Made by a program: the position numbers and the translations under genes. A DNA stretch of 64,000 nt from Pristiophorus japonicus. Its lineage: Eukaryota. Location: assembly GCF_044704955.1 (NCBI RefSeq), contig NC_091989.1, forward strand, positions 8,990,001 to 9,054,000, written 5' to 3'. This document shows, in pieces, positions 1-12,379 of the stretch. The notes under the pieces are model-generated. The model searched no databases, was not told the DNA's origin, and saw only the letters and a list, made by a program, of their open reading frames with translations. Position 1 is the stretch's first letter. Each line of letters opens with the position of its first letter.

Positions 1-147
1 TCTGTGCAAGTTTACATCACCTAAATCTACATGTCAGCTGAAAATGCAATGTTTTCAGACGGAGGCAGCAAAGTCAAATGTGTGAGAATGAAACGGAAAT
101 GGTTGGCACATTTGAATGGGGTGGAGTGCAGAATGTTTCGGTGCAAG

Positions 148-347
148 GGGTGTCGCAGTTGTGTGGGGCAGACTGTTTGGGCCGGGTGCTCTTTACCTGT
201 CCGCCATTGTTCATTGTTCACAGGTTTATATGTAACCTTCAGGGCTGCTGACCCAGGGCCGTGCGGCTCTTTGTCGGCCGGCACGGACACAATGGGCCAG
301 AATGGCCTCCTTCTGCGCCGTAAATTTCTATGTTTCTATGTTTCTAC
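148..347 (+). mobile_element. Short retroposon ending in a CR1-type 3' tail
   Basis: Ends GCCGGCACGGACACAATGGGCC...GGCCTCCTTCTG...(TTTCTATG)n, the same tail as the CR1 copy at 16065-16570 (-). 5' boundary approximate. Confidence 0.6.
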
Positions 348-395
348 ATGACACACATTGTTGGTTATTGGGGATAGCAGCAAGGTACACACGAT

Positions 396-665
396 GGCCC
401 CGATTTTAACTCCAGGCGGACTGGCCCCGCTCAGGCCCGAGTTAAAATTACAGTCGGGTCTCAGTGATGTCATCGGGCCGCACTATGCCCGTATAAAGAA
501 GGACCCTGTTGGCTCCAGGCACATGTCCTTGCTGCCCGCTCAGGAGAGCAGGTTAAAATTGCAGTTGTTGCGATTGTGGCGGCCTTCGGACAGGTAAGAG
601 CCCGGGCGATTTTAACTGCCTACTCGCCAAGTTTCTGCTGAGCGAGTAGGGTTAAAATCACCCCC
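396..665. mobile_element. MITE (non-autonomous DNA transposon)
   Basis: Imperfect terminal inverted repeats GGCCCCGATTTTAAC ... GTTAAAATCACCCCC, with internal repeats of the GATTTTAAC/GTTAAAAT motif. Confidence 0.6.
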
Positions 666-667
666 AA

Positions 668-1117
668 TAAGAACATAAGAAATAGGAGCAGGAGTCGGCC
701 ATACGGCCCCTCGAGCCTGCTCCGCCATTCAATAAGATCATGACTGATCTTCGACCTCAACTCCACTTTCCTGTCCGATCCCCATATCCCTTAATTCCCT
801 TAATATTCAAAAATCTATCATAAGAACGTAAAAAGTAAGAGCAGGAGTCGGCCATTTGGCCCTTCAAGCCCGCTCCGCCAATCTATTGATCTCTGTCTTG
901 AATATACTCAACAACTGAGCCTCCACGGCCCTCTGGGGCGGAGAATTCCAAAGATTCACCACCCTCTGAGTGAAGAAATTTCTCCTCATCTCAGTCCTAA
1001 ACGGCCGACCCCTTATTCTGAGACTGTGACCCCTGGTTCTAGACTCCCCAGCCCGGGGGGAAACATCCTCCCTGCATCTACCCTGTCAAGTCCCCTGTAA
1101 GAATTTTGTATGTTTCA
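668..1117 (-). mobile_element. CR1 LINE 3' fragment with a second nested 3' tail
   Basis: AAGAACATAAGAAATAGGAGCAGGAG tail seen twice (668, ~820); antisense encodes the CR1 ORF2 C-terminus (TRGHSLRIRGRPFRTEMRRNFF). Confidence 0.9.
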
Positions 1118-1769
1118 TATGTTTCGGGAAATGCAAAGCATAATGGGTTATAAGCTGGTGGGAGAGGAGAGAGTTACCACAGCTGGGGTCAACCACAGCC
1201 AGCTGTTCCAATGCTGAGGCCTTGAAATTACATGGCACATATATTAACATACAAAAGCTTAATGTATTCATATAAAGCCCCTTTATTTTCTATTTTAATG
1301 GATGCATTAACCATTGAGAAACATATATACATATTTTAAATGGGTTAACGTGTTAGAATAGTGGATACCTATTTATACGAACATATTAAGCACTTGGATA
1401 ATAATATTCATAAAGTGTAATTTTAAGGCTTGTGAATTTTACAGAGAAGAATTAGATTATTGCGTTGATGTCCTTTCTTTAAGCCTGTGCATTGATTGTA
1501 GCCAGTTTTGAAAGGTAGCCTGCTTGTTTTGTTATGATACTGCATGAAAAATAATTCCCATATTTTTAATCTCCTCTAAATCATTAATTTTTAATGGAAT
1601 ATTGAACTGAAATGTTCCGTGTAATACAATGTAGTGCATCACAGGAATGTTCTATGCACAACCTGCATCCGTGGCACATTGCTTATATCCATCAGTTACG
1701 GAATAATCTTTAGAATTCACTGAATTCTGCGGGAGGTTTTATTCATGGAAGTATTTTCCAGTATTCCCT

Positions 1770-1970
1770 AAATCTCTCCTCTCTTTCTTTCTTTAAGATG
1801 CTCCGTAAAACCTGCCTCTTTGACCAAGCTTTTGTTCACTTGCCGTAAATTCTTCTTATGTGGCTCGGTGTCAAATTTATTTGTTTTGTCTTCTAACACT
1901 GCTGTGAAGCGCCTTTGGATGCTTCACTACGTCAAAGGCGCTATATAAGTATAAGTTGTTGTTGTTGCTG
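1770..1970 (+). mobile_element. L2 LINE 3' end
   Basis: CTCTTTGACCAAGCTTTTG...AAAGGCGCTATATAAG...(TTG)n tail shared with other L2 copies in the window. Confidence 0.8.
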
Positions 1971-2327
1971 AGTTGGCAAAAGAACATCTCATTTGCATGG
2001 GCCGCTTTCGGCTCATCTTCTGTGCCCACTTTCGCCTGTCACCAGGAATGTGTTGGTGGGGTGCGCGGTGGAGCTGGCCAGCTTCCCTCTGGCTCTGGCC
2101 GTGATCTCATTATCCCCCCGCCCCCGAGCAAGGAAATCAATCTGCAAAAAAATGATGGGAGTCTTCGAGGGTCCAGATTGCTTGCCTGGCCTCAACTTCA
2201 CTGGCAGGGTCCACATGGGAACTTTCGAGGGCCAGTACGGCTTCACTCACTCACCGTTACCAGTCTGCACTGGCCCCACCGGTGCCCGCGGATTTGGAAC
2301 ACCTAGCGTGGTGGGGATGGGGGGGGG

Positions 2328-3311
2328 TGGATTTTAACGTGGGAGTGAGTGTGGATGGGGTTAAATGGGGAAAAAGGAGGCTGGCTTACAGCTTTTACCG
2401 AGGCGGGACGGTGGGACGGGGGAGCGGGGTGGGGGGGGGGGCTTTGCCATGCAGCCAACCTTCTCCCAGGAGGCGGGTTAGCATTTTAAATATAATAATG
2501 TGGCTGGCCGGGGTTCCCAAGCCTCCGGAAACCCGGCAGCTGCAGCAACGAGAAATCAGCCCCGGGGAACACTCCTTGGGGGCTGGGAAAGAAAGAAAGA
2601 CTTGCATTTATATAGCACCTTTCACGACCACCGGACGTCTCAAGATACTTTACAGCCAATGAAGTACTTTTGGAGTGTAGTCACTGTTGTAATGTAGGCG
2701 ATGCAGCAGCCAATTTGTGCACAGCAAGCTCCCACAAACAGTAATGTGATAATGACCAGATAATCTGTTTTTTTGTTATCTCGATTGAGGAATAAATATT
2801 GGCCCTCGGACACCGGGGATAACTCTCCTGCTCTTCTTCGCTAGAGTGCCATGGGATCTTTTATGTCCACCTGGGAGAGCAGATGGGGCCTTGGTTTAAC
2901 GTCTCATCCGAAAGACGGCACCTCCGACAGTGCAGCACTCCCTCAGCATTGCACTGGAGGGTCAACCCAGATTTTTGTGCTCAAGTCCGTGGAGTGGGTC
3001 TTGAACCCACAACCTTCCGACTCAAAAGCGAGAGTGCTGCCCACTGAGCCACGGCTGTCACGTAAGAGCAGATGTGTTGCCTTTGAGCCCCCCAAGCATC
3101 CCCACCATCAGCCGCCCCCATTACAGAGCCTTTCCCCTCCCTCGGGATCGGATCAGCCCCCCCCCCCTGGGGTCGGGGATCGGACCGACCTGGTGCTGCC
3201 GTCTCCTCGAGCGTGCTCCCCACCCGACTGGAAGCCACCCGTCAATCAGGCTGACTTATGGGCGAGGAACCTGTCAATGACATCAGACACACACTGTGCA
3301 GTTAAAACCCC
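2328..3311. mobile_element. MITE of the GATTTTAAC...GTTAAAA family interrupted by a SINE
   Basis: GGATTTTAAC near 2330 and GTTAAAACCCC near 3301-3311; GC-rich body split by the SINE at 2588-3060. Confidence 0.45.
2588..3060 (-). mobile_element. tRNA-derived Deu-domain SINE (SacSINE1-like), full length
   Basis: Minus-strand head AGCCGTGGCTCAGTGG (A box)...GGGTTCAAG (B box); tail GCTATATAAATGCAAGT(CTTT)n resembling the L2 3' end; more than 12 homologous copies in the window. Confidence 0.85.
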
Positions 3312-3429
3312 GCAGCATGCAGGTGTAAGGGGTGGTTTGCAGGGGGTCAGCTTTCCCTTCTGACCTTATATGAGCGGTTCCGAATCGCTCCCACACCCTT
3401 TGTTCTGGACACTGGAATTATGAAGGGAC

Positions 3430-4679
3430 TGTGACAGACTTGGACAGACAATCGGTTTCAAGGTAGGAAGCAGGGATGGCTTTATTGTGTTTAAAAAGAA
3501 GCAAAAGGCACACCTTTAATAACACACACAGACCAATGCACACTGAAGGGTACAACACATTGAATAAAATGTCAAATTACAGCCTGTGGGGAAAAGAATA
3601 CAGCTTAAACTCTAAATGGGGTAAAGAGGAGAATGCAGATACATTTACACAAGTTATCCCAGCCTCCCCCCTCCCAATTACCCTCACTAACTAAGTTATA
3701 GCTCTGAGGGTTCAGGGGCTATGCTCACCAATCCCTTTAGACAGTTGCCGGTGAATCACGGTTTCGGGGTTCACTGCACTTGGCCTTCGAGGCGAGCCGT
3801 GCCCCGGTCGGAGGAGAGGACTTCGGACTGCGTAGTCTTCGGTTGGGGTGCGTCCGTTGATGCGCTAAGTTGCGTTTTGGATGTATGGGGTAAGTACCCA
3901 CTTTCTTCAGTTAGGAATAGTTTTAGTTAGTCCCTTTTGGTAATTTCTCCCCCGTTGTCGTTCAGAAGTAGACTGTAGAGTGGTTGTCAATTTTGTTGCT
4001 GACAACCTTCTGTTTCTTGGGCCTCATGCTCGGTCAGTTCTTGATGAGTTCTGGTAGTTTCCTTCACTATTTCATTTCTTCACTGTAGAGGAAGCAGGCT
4101 GCTTGCGTCTGTGTCTGTATTCCTGTCTGTGTCCTTGTTCGAGTCTGTGTTCTGCCAGTCTTTCCTTGTAAAACTGGGGGATAGATAGATCTAAAAAAAA
4201 AGGCTCCGTTATCTCCCATAAAATCTCTTGGGCTCTGTTTAAACTGTTCTGTCCATTGATTTTCAAATGTCTTCTTTGTCAGCAGTAACTCGATTAGGGT
4301 GTGAGAATGTGCTATCACTGGTTTTGCATTGTTTTAGGATTGACCAGTTTCTTGACCATGATTTCCATTGTGCTTGATTGGGTAATTCGATTATCTCTCA
4401 GAGGGTGAATAGCCTGGGATCCTTAATACACGAACTGGCTTCAGAGGTTGGCCCCACCTCCTGTATTTGGTAATTTTTTTTTGCAGCCAAAATGTTGTAG
4501 AATCTTAAAATTGATATGCTCCTTCCGATAGATGTTTAGGGGATCTCAAGCTTCTGTAATTGAGGTCCATTTTGAATTCCCTTTCCTATGAGTCCAAACA
4601 CTGGGTGGGAGGGTCTCCATGAATGCACCCCCTTTTATCCCCCGCAGGCTTTGTCTGCCCCTTTAAACTCATTTTAACA
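3430..4679 (-). mobile_element. Possible long solo LTR (~1.25 kb)
   Basis: Minus strand begins TGTTAAAA and ends GTCACA, with AATAAA ~50 bp before the end; no coding capacity. No TSD found. Confidence 0.35.
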
Positions 4680-4837
4680 GCTCAGAAAAGGGATTCTTCA
4701 CCTCTGCAGGGGAAAGGTACCTGGAATCTTTGCGAGATATTGGTAAATTCGACACAGGGAAATCCATACTTCAAGGTTTCCTACACGCTTCCATGTGATA
4801 ATGACCAGATAATCTGTTTCTTTGTTATATTGCTTTT

Positions 4838-5571
4838 TGTAATGTGTTTGCTTCATGGGTTATTTGCCTAAGAATTCAACGCAACACATTGCTATTAAGA
4901 ACTAGTTGATTTATTAACAAAGGTTTAACAATCACACTACACATTACCAGTTCATCCACTAGGCTCACAACTATATACCTCATGGTGGATCACCTAGACC
5001 CAACTGACTGGGGTTTTATTGAGTCTTGTGAACATCACATGACTGGCTAAGCCACTCACAGTGCAACAGCTCTGCAATTATTTTAAAAGTAACTTTAAAT
5101 CAAGTGCCCCCTTTTATTTTGAGGGCACCAAAAACCACAATTTAACAATTGGAAATTAAAGGGAACTTTTTTCAAATCAGATCAAATTAAAATTCTGTTC
5201 CCTGTTGAAATGATGCACTCCAGTCCCTCCGGCGCCCACCTCTTGCGGAAGGCCGCGAACGTACCGGTGGACACCGCATGCTCCATCTCCAGGGACACCC
5301 TGGCTTGGATGTAAACACGGAAGAGAGGCAGGCAGTCGGGCTGAACGACCCCCTCGACCGCCCGCTGCCTGGACCGGTTGATGGCCCCCTTGGTTAAGCC
5401 CAGGAGCAGTCCTACGAGGAGGCCCTCCGACCTGCCCGCTGCCCTCCGCACAGGGTGCCCAAAGATCAGGACTGAAGTGCAACCAGAATTTGAGGAGCAG
5501 CCCCTTCAAATAATGGAAGAGCGCAACAGCTCTACAAACCTGTGAGCATGCTCACACGTGCACACATTGCC
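4838..5571 (-). mobile_element. Gypsy-type LTR, split by a LINE insertion
   Basis: Reverse-complement homolog of the solo LTR at 17669-17942; homology stops at 5073 and resumes at 5523. Confidence 0.85.
5074..5522 (-). mobile_element. 5'-truncated L1/Tx1-clade LINE
   Basis: ORF 5182-5451 (LLLGLTKGAINRSR...ARVSLE...FRKRW) resembles a Tx1-type ORF2 C-terminus; flanked by the direct repeat GCAACAGCTCT (5063-5073 and 5523-5533). Confidence 0.75.
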
Positions 5572-6519
5572 CTTTCCGACCCCATTGCCCTTCAGCAAGT
5601 CGACAGGTAAAGAATCCGGCCCTAGATTACGATGGCCTCCACCCCTAGCTCCTTCCCCCGGCCATAATTTGCCCTGTGAGGGGAGGAGGGTGTTTCCACC
5701 CCTTACAAAGCAAGGGAATTCCCGGAGTCACAGTGGGAAACCGGTGGAGTTCGCCGAAGGTGTTCAGGTCCAGGTAGTTTATCCATTTGGTAGCTGGGCC
5801 ACGCCAGGCCAGAGAGGTCCGTGGGTCAATCCCTGGTTAATTGTTTTAGCCAGAGCAGTGGCAGCGATGCTGTAAGTAGTCCCAGTGTTGCTCGGTTGGT
5901 GAAAGGAAAGGCTTGCTCCTGCTGATCAGCGAGGCCTGTCGCTAACATACATAGTTGGGCGTTGGGCTCAAAGATAATCAGGCTTGGCTGCCATACATTC
6001 TGCAGCTGAACAGTCGGCCAATACTTACTTTCAGGGCAGGACCTTGAATGACCACAAATGATGTACCCGAGGACATTGCTCACAATGGCCACATCTGCTT
6101 ATTCAAAGTGCAATTGATGCCGCCACACATGGCATCCGTGCTTTAGCGATCGTTGAGAGCCCTGTCCACCTCTCCACAGCTCTATACAGATTAGCTTCCC
6201 AAGTATTGACCGAATTAGTTTCCACAGAATCTTCCAGCTTGTCACATGCATGCGTACGTTCAGGAACCTTTCCAACTTGTGGTCGAGTTCTGGCCTCCAG
6301 TCAGTATCCACAAATTACTTCTTCTTTTACCAAAATGCCACTCTGTACGACATGTGGTCTACCACCTGCCAATTGTAGTAGGAACGTGGACTTCTTGGCT
6401 GAAATGATCACACAACGGAATGTGTGCCTGAATACGCTGGGCGAGGATTTGCGTGGCACCCCATTTGGGGCGATAACTTTTGCAGGACGGCAGGAGTATC
6501 GCCGGGCGCAACCCAACTG

Positions 6520-7170
6520 ATTCCGAAGGGAACTTCTGCTCTAGCGTTCCAAGAGGGAAGTGGAATGCTAACTCAAGCGCTAACCACTTCCCTTAGAGCG
6601 CAGAAGGGGGCGAGAGGGGCGGTAACGGCAGAGTGCTGAGCAATGTACAGTGCAACGCAACTGTCTGTACAGGCTCCATCCCTCACTTAAAGGGAAGGGT
6701 CAATGCTGCGGGCATTGAAGCCCAAGGCTGTACATGTTGGGCGACGACACCTGCGATATGCGCAGAGTAGCCCCAAGCGCTCTGAGAGTGCAGCACTGAG
6801 CAATCGTGGCATGAGAAAAAAGCATAATCCAACGCACTGGAGACAGAATTTAATTTTGCCCTACCTGACCACCACTGTCTTTAAATAGCGTTCCCCGAGC
6901 AGCCGGCCGAGGTGACAACGCCTCCTGCGGCTGCCGTTGTTGACGCCCGGCGATGCTGCAGGGGGCGGGAGCGAATATTGCATCCGGGGCGGTAACGGGG
7001 CGCTGCGCACCGGATGACGTCACGATCCCCGGGGCACAACAGATCGAGGCGCTAACCCGCCATGTAAGCTCGCGGGCGGTGGTGATTTCGCAGCAAACGG
7101 TCGGTAAGCGACCCATTACCACCCCCTGGAGGCGCTAACGGGAGACGCGACTGAGGCGCATTTCTCCTCC
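6520..7170. mobile_element. CpG-rich MITE-like DNA transposon remnant
   Basis: GGCGCTAACGGGAG end motif shared with 49885-49930; AGCGCCCC-like internal motifs also seen at 62090-62500. Confidence 0.4.
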
Positions 7171-7269
7171 TCTGTCCTTAACCTGTGGATGACAGGGTCA
7201 GCGTACGAACGACACGGCAATAAGACACACTTCATAGTGCGGAGTGACATCAGGGCTGATCAACGGTGA

Positions 7270-7500
7270 GAAGAAATACAATCAGAAAATGCTGGAAACA
7301 CGCAGCAGGTCAGGCAGCATCTGTGGAGAGAGAGAAACAGAGTTAATGTCTCAGGTCGATGACCCTTCGTCAGAACTGGAAAAGTTCGCGGTGTCACAGG
7401 TTTGAAGCAAGCGCAGGGGCAGGGAAAGTGTTGGGGGAAAGGAAGGAACAAAAGGGAAGGTCAGTGACAGGGTGGAAGGCAGGAGAGATTAAATGGAGAT
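7270..7500 (-). mobile_element. Penelope-like element terminal-repeat remnant with degenerate hammerhead motif
   Basis: Reverse complement AGTT-CTGACGA-AGGGTCATCGACCT-GAGACATT-AACTCTGTTTCTCTCTCTCCACAGATGCTGCCTGACCTGCTG; homologous to 51318-51452. Confidence 0.75.
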
Positions 7501-7857
7501 AAGAAGCTGCGGTAAAAGACAAAGTGCTGAATAGGTGATACCAAAGTTCCCTGGTTTTTTTTGAGGTGCACGGGCCCTTTAATAAGCTGCAATTCCCATT
7601 CAATTGTTCACGCGTGCGCGGTTGATACCGTAGTAAAGCCGGTGAGCGGCCTGCGGGGGAACTGCAGCGCGGCCCACAGGTTAACAGGAACGTTGGGTGC
7701 CACCAAGCCGATATTTCTTCAAACCCTGTAGATTATAAAAAAAACATGCATTTCTATCGCGCCTTTCCTGACAAACAGGACAACTCTGTCCTGGCTTTAA
7801 TGTGCCCAAACCAGAGGCTTTCCCGGTGGTCATAGACAACTGGAATAAAAAAGAAAC

Positions 7858-8325
7858 AAGAAAGGCTTGCATTTATATAGCACCTTTCACAACCACCGAA
7901 CGGCTCAAAGCACTTTACAGCCAATGAAGCACTTGTTGAAGTGCAGTTACTATTGTAATGTAGGAAACGCAGCAGCCAATTTGCACACAGCAAGCTCCCA
8001 CAAACAGCAGTGTGATAAAGACCAGATAATCTGTTTTTGTTATGTTGATTGAGGGATAAATATTGGCCCCCAAGACACCAGGGATAACTCTCATGCTCCT
8101 CTTCGAAATAGTGCCCTGGGATCTTTTACATCCAGCTGAGAGAGCAGACAGGGCCTCGGTTTAACATCTCATCCAAAAGACAGCACCTCCGACAGCGCAG
8201 CACTCCCTCAGTACTGCACTGGGAGCGTCAGCCTAGATTTTTGTGCTCAAGTGCCTGGAGTTGGACTTGAACCCACAACCTTCTGACTCAGAGGTAAGTG
8301 CGCTGCCCACTGAGACACGGCTGAT
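7858..8325 (-). mobile_element. SacSINE1-like SINE, full length
   Basis: Homologous to 2588-3060 from tail to tRNA-like head. Confidence 0.85.
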
Positions 8326-8909
8326 ACAGGCAGGAGCAAGTAAACAGCGAAGGACGTCAGGAGTGGCATGGTTTTCAGATTCTGAGAAAGAATGAGTTTG
8401 AACGGGAAATGAGTCTTGAATTCCACACAGTGAGATCACCGAGCGGCAGACGAGCATCGAGGATGATGCGTTCTTGGCTTCGGAGGAAGCAGAGTAATTC
8501 AGAGATATGAATAAATCACAAACAAAATGTATATTCAGGATGATTGATGGTAATCTCATTGTTGTTGCATATCTGTGGTTTATCCGATGCCAGCATCTGA
8601 TGCAAAACTATTAGCATCTGACAACAATTCTCCGAGCCCAGGTGTCAGGTAGCACAAGCCTGGTCACAGCTTCCTGGAACTGTGTTGCCCACATCACAAG
8701 GCTAAATGCTAAAGCTGCTGAGGTAATGATCTCTTTTTTCATGTTACAGCCAGATAAATATCACAATAAAAAGGAAGCTCAGAGCTCAGTGAATGACACA
8801 AGACAAAAAGCGGACGCGGGATCCAGAGAAAACATTCACCTGGTCCCACCATCGACAGGCGACAAAGTTCCATCCACTCCATTCTTTTCATCCAACCACT
8901 TATCTTCGC

Positions 8910-9280
8910 GAAACGTATAAGATTCTGAAGGGGGCTTGACAGGGTAGATGCAGAGAGGATGTTTCCCCTCGTGGGGGGAATCTAGAACTAGGGGGCATAG
9001 TTTCAGAATAAGGGGTCACCCATTTAAGATGGAGATGAGGAAGAATTTCTTCTCTCAGAGGGTCGTGAATCTTTGGAATTCTCTGCCCCAGAGAGCTGTG
9101 GAGGCTGGGTCATTTAATGTATTCAAGGTGGAGATAGACAGATTTCTGAATGATAAGGGAGTCAAGGGTTATGGGGAGCGGATGGGAAGTCCAAGATCAG
9201 ATCAGCCATGATCTTATGGAATGGCGGAGCAGGCTCGAGGGGCCGAATGGCCGACTCCTGCTCCTTTTTCTTATGTTCTG
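8910..9280 (+). mobile_element. CR1 LINE 3' end
   Basis: ORF 8948-9211 (SRTRGHSFRIRG...NFFSQRVVNLWNSLP) followed by the CTTATGTTCT tail. Confidence 0.9.
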
Positions 9281-9939
9281 ATGTTCTTTTTCCATTTCCT
9301 TGCTCTTCACCTGATGCTCGCTGGGTTATGGTTCCACAGTTATTGACATCCCTCTGGTACCTCATCTAAGTGGCCGTTCTTCTTGTAAAAATGTTGGCAA
9401 GTTAATTAACGGTTGGGTGATTAACCACGAGGCCCAAACCTGTCCTCGCTTGGAATGCTGGGAAGAACTGCGTCATACGGAATGGATTCCTGATCGAGAA
9501 CTCCACAGCACAATCTGAAGGATCAAACCTTCCTCGCAAACAGTGGACAACCGTCAACTGCCTCAGAACCGGTCAAGGTTGATGCTGCCACCTTCTCCAT
9601 AGGTGGAAGATTAAAGCCTCCCCATCGTGCGACTGTGGAGCTCCTAATCAGACCTTGGGACACATCATTGAGCACCGCCCTCAGAGGGAATTCGCAGGCT
9701 GCCCAAGGAGGTGTTCGCGTCGAGGGGGTCATCGGGCTGGGCCCGTGGAGAAGGTGTTCAGGCGGACCGGCGAAGAGGCCCCAAGGTCGGGCAGCGGGTA
9801 CCGGATTCCAGAACATTTTACGGATTCCGGACGACCCTGCCACCAATCGTCCCGGAGTCCGGATTCCGGAACATTCGCAGCACACTGGCCCGCGGATCCC
9901 AGGGACGCACCGCTGTGCATACGTAACACCTACGCGAAC

Positions 9940-10572
9940 TAGTCATGATCCAAAACTCGGCTGCCCATGTCCTAACCCGCATCAAGTCCCGCTCACCCAT
10001 CACCCCCTGTGCTCGTTGACCTACATTGGCTCCCGGTTAAGCAACGCCTCGACTTCAAAATTCTCATCCTTGTTTTCAAATCCCTCCATGGCCTCGACCC
10101 TCCCTATCTCTGTAATCTCCTCCAGCCCCACAACCCCCCGAGATCTCTGTGCTCCTCTAATTCTGCCCTCTTGAGCATCCCTGATTGTAATCGCTCCACC
10201 ATCGGTGGCCGTGCCTTCTGTTGCCGAGGCCCCAAGCTCTGGAACTCCCTCCCTAAACCTCTCCGCCTCTCTACCTCTCTTTCCTCCTTCCAGACCGTTC
10301 CTTAAAACCTACCTCTTTGACCTAGCTTTCGGTCACCTGCCCTAATTTCTACTTATGCGGCTCCAGAGTTCCAGAGCTCGGGGCCTCGGCAACAGAAGGC
10401 ACGGCCACCGATGGTGGAGCGATTATAATCAGGGATGCTCAAGAGGGCAGAATTAGAGGAGCGCAGACATCTCGGGGGGTTGTGGGGTCAAATTTGTTAT
10501 CTCATAATACTCCTGTCAAGCACCTCGGGACGTTTCACCATGTTAAAGGCGCTATATAAATGTACGTTGTTG
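9940..10572 (+). mobile_element. L2 LINE 3' fragment containing an inverted self-copy
   Basis: ORF 10009-10305 (LHWLPVKQRLDFKIL...GGRAF...PKLWNSLP) is an L2 ORF2 C-terminus; 10366-10487 is the reverse complement of 10126-10247. Confidence 0.9.
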
Positions 10573-11036
10573 GGATTAGGTGGGTTGATGCTCGTTTCAT
10601 GTCCTGACTCTTAGCCAATCGGCAGGCATGGAAATCTCTGACGGGACAACATTAAGCTTTGCAGAAAGTCGGCTGAAGCAGCTGACCTGCTTTTATTTTT
10701 ACTGCTCCCACTGAACTTGCCCAAAGTTTGATCAACATTTTTCTTTGATTCGCCTTCGTCTTGATATATTAAACAATTTGATGTCAGGCTTCGACTGTTA
10801 AATTGCTGACTATTAAAAAAACAACTCATTTAAAATAATTTAGCAGCCAGAAACACTATTTTATTAATACATTTCGATCATTGCAATAGTATTTCATACA
10901 CAAAGCAATATTTCAACATTAATACAATTTGATCAAACACTGAAAAATCTTGAGATACTTTTCGCTGAAGGTGTCCTTAAAACCATAAAACTCGATTAGA
11001 TGCTTTATCCCCATGTCAATTCTACAAGATAATGAA

Positions 11037-11470
11037 AAGAAAGAAAGACTTGCATTTATATAGCATCTTTGATAACATCAGGAAGTCCCAAAGCGCTTTA
11101 CAGCCAATATTTGAAGTGTAGTCACTGTTGTAATGTGGGAAATGCGGCAGGTAATTTGTGCACAGCAAGCTCCCACACACAGCAATGTGATAATGACCAG
11201 ATAATCTGTTTCAGTTCATGTTGTTTAAGGGATATTAATTGGCCAGGACACCGGGGAGAACTTCCCTGCTCTTCTTCGAAATAGTGCCATGGGATCTTTT
11301 ACGTTCACCCGAGAGAGCAAACATGACCTCGGTTTAACGTCTCATCCGAAAGACAGCACCTCTGACAGTGCAGCACTCCCTCAGCACTGCACTGGGAGTG
11401 TCAGCCTAGATTTTTGTGCTCAAGTCCCTGGAGTGGGACTTGAACCCACAACCTTAGAGGCAAGAGAGTG
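11037..11470 (-). mobile_element. SacSINE1-like SINE
   Basis: Homologous to 2588-3060. Confidence 0.85.
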
Positions 11471-12379
11471 CCAACAAAGCACAACAACAGAGCTATGTTC
11501 TAGGAATGATCCAAATGAAGAAACCTGGTTTAATCATTTCAAGGAATAATCAAGTCTTTTTTTTCAAGAATAGAAAAACAAAATATAGGCATCACCAAGT
11601 GCAGCTTATCTGATGTTACACTGTGTATTTATGAAAAATATGAATACTATATTTCAGCTCACTAAAATTGTAATCAGGGTACAATTATACAAAAGAATGG
11701 GTTGGAAGTTAGTTATATCTTATCTATGGATCTAAAACGCACTCCCACACACATATCTATTTCTGTATATATATATCAATACATATAGTGGAAACCACAG
11801 CAAATTTTGATATTATTCCAATATCTCAATTCACTTATCTTGCAAATTAACAGCACAACAAAACATTTGTGCCATAAATAAATTATTACCTACTTATACT
11901 GAGAGAGAAACACTAATATTTCATTGCTGAGCCAATATAATGCATTGGAGCTGACTTCATAGATCAATGGAACTTGGTGTTCCCAGTCTTAAAGCAATTC
12001 AACTCTCTGGACGCTGATAACATTTCTTAATTACACATTTATAGACAATAATTCCGGTTTAACTAAAAGAGTTGCGAAATCTCTGGGACTGAAATGTGTT
12101 TTTATTTATTGAATAACGTGGGGGTAAACTCCAGCTCAAACTCCTGATCGAACGACACCAAGCACTGCGGAGGCTGCGGATCCAAAATAAAAACAGCAAG
12201 TGCTGCAAGTACTTGGCAGCAACGTTCCCCTTCGAGCCGCATGGCTGAGTAATGCCGCAGGGGTCCCATGCAGCCGGTGAGTCGGCTTTTAAATTGGAAA
12301 AAAACTGCACATTCCCAGTCTGTTGAATGGGCCCGCAGCTCATTAGAGGGGCCACGCGGCACAAAATGTCTTCCACGGG

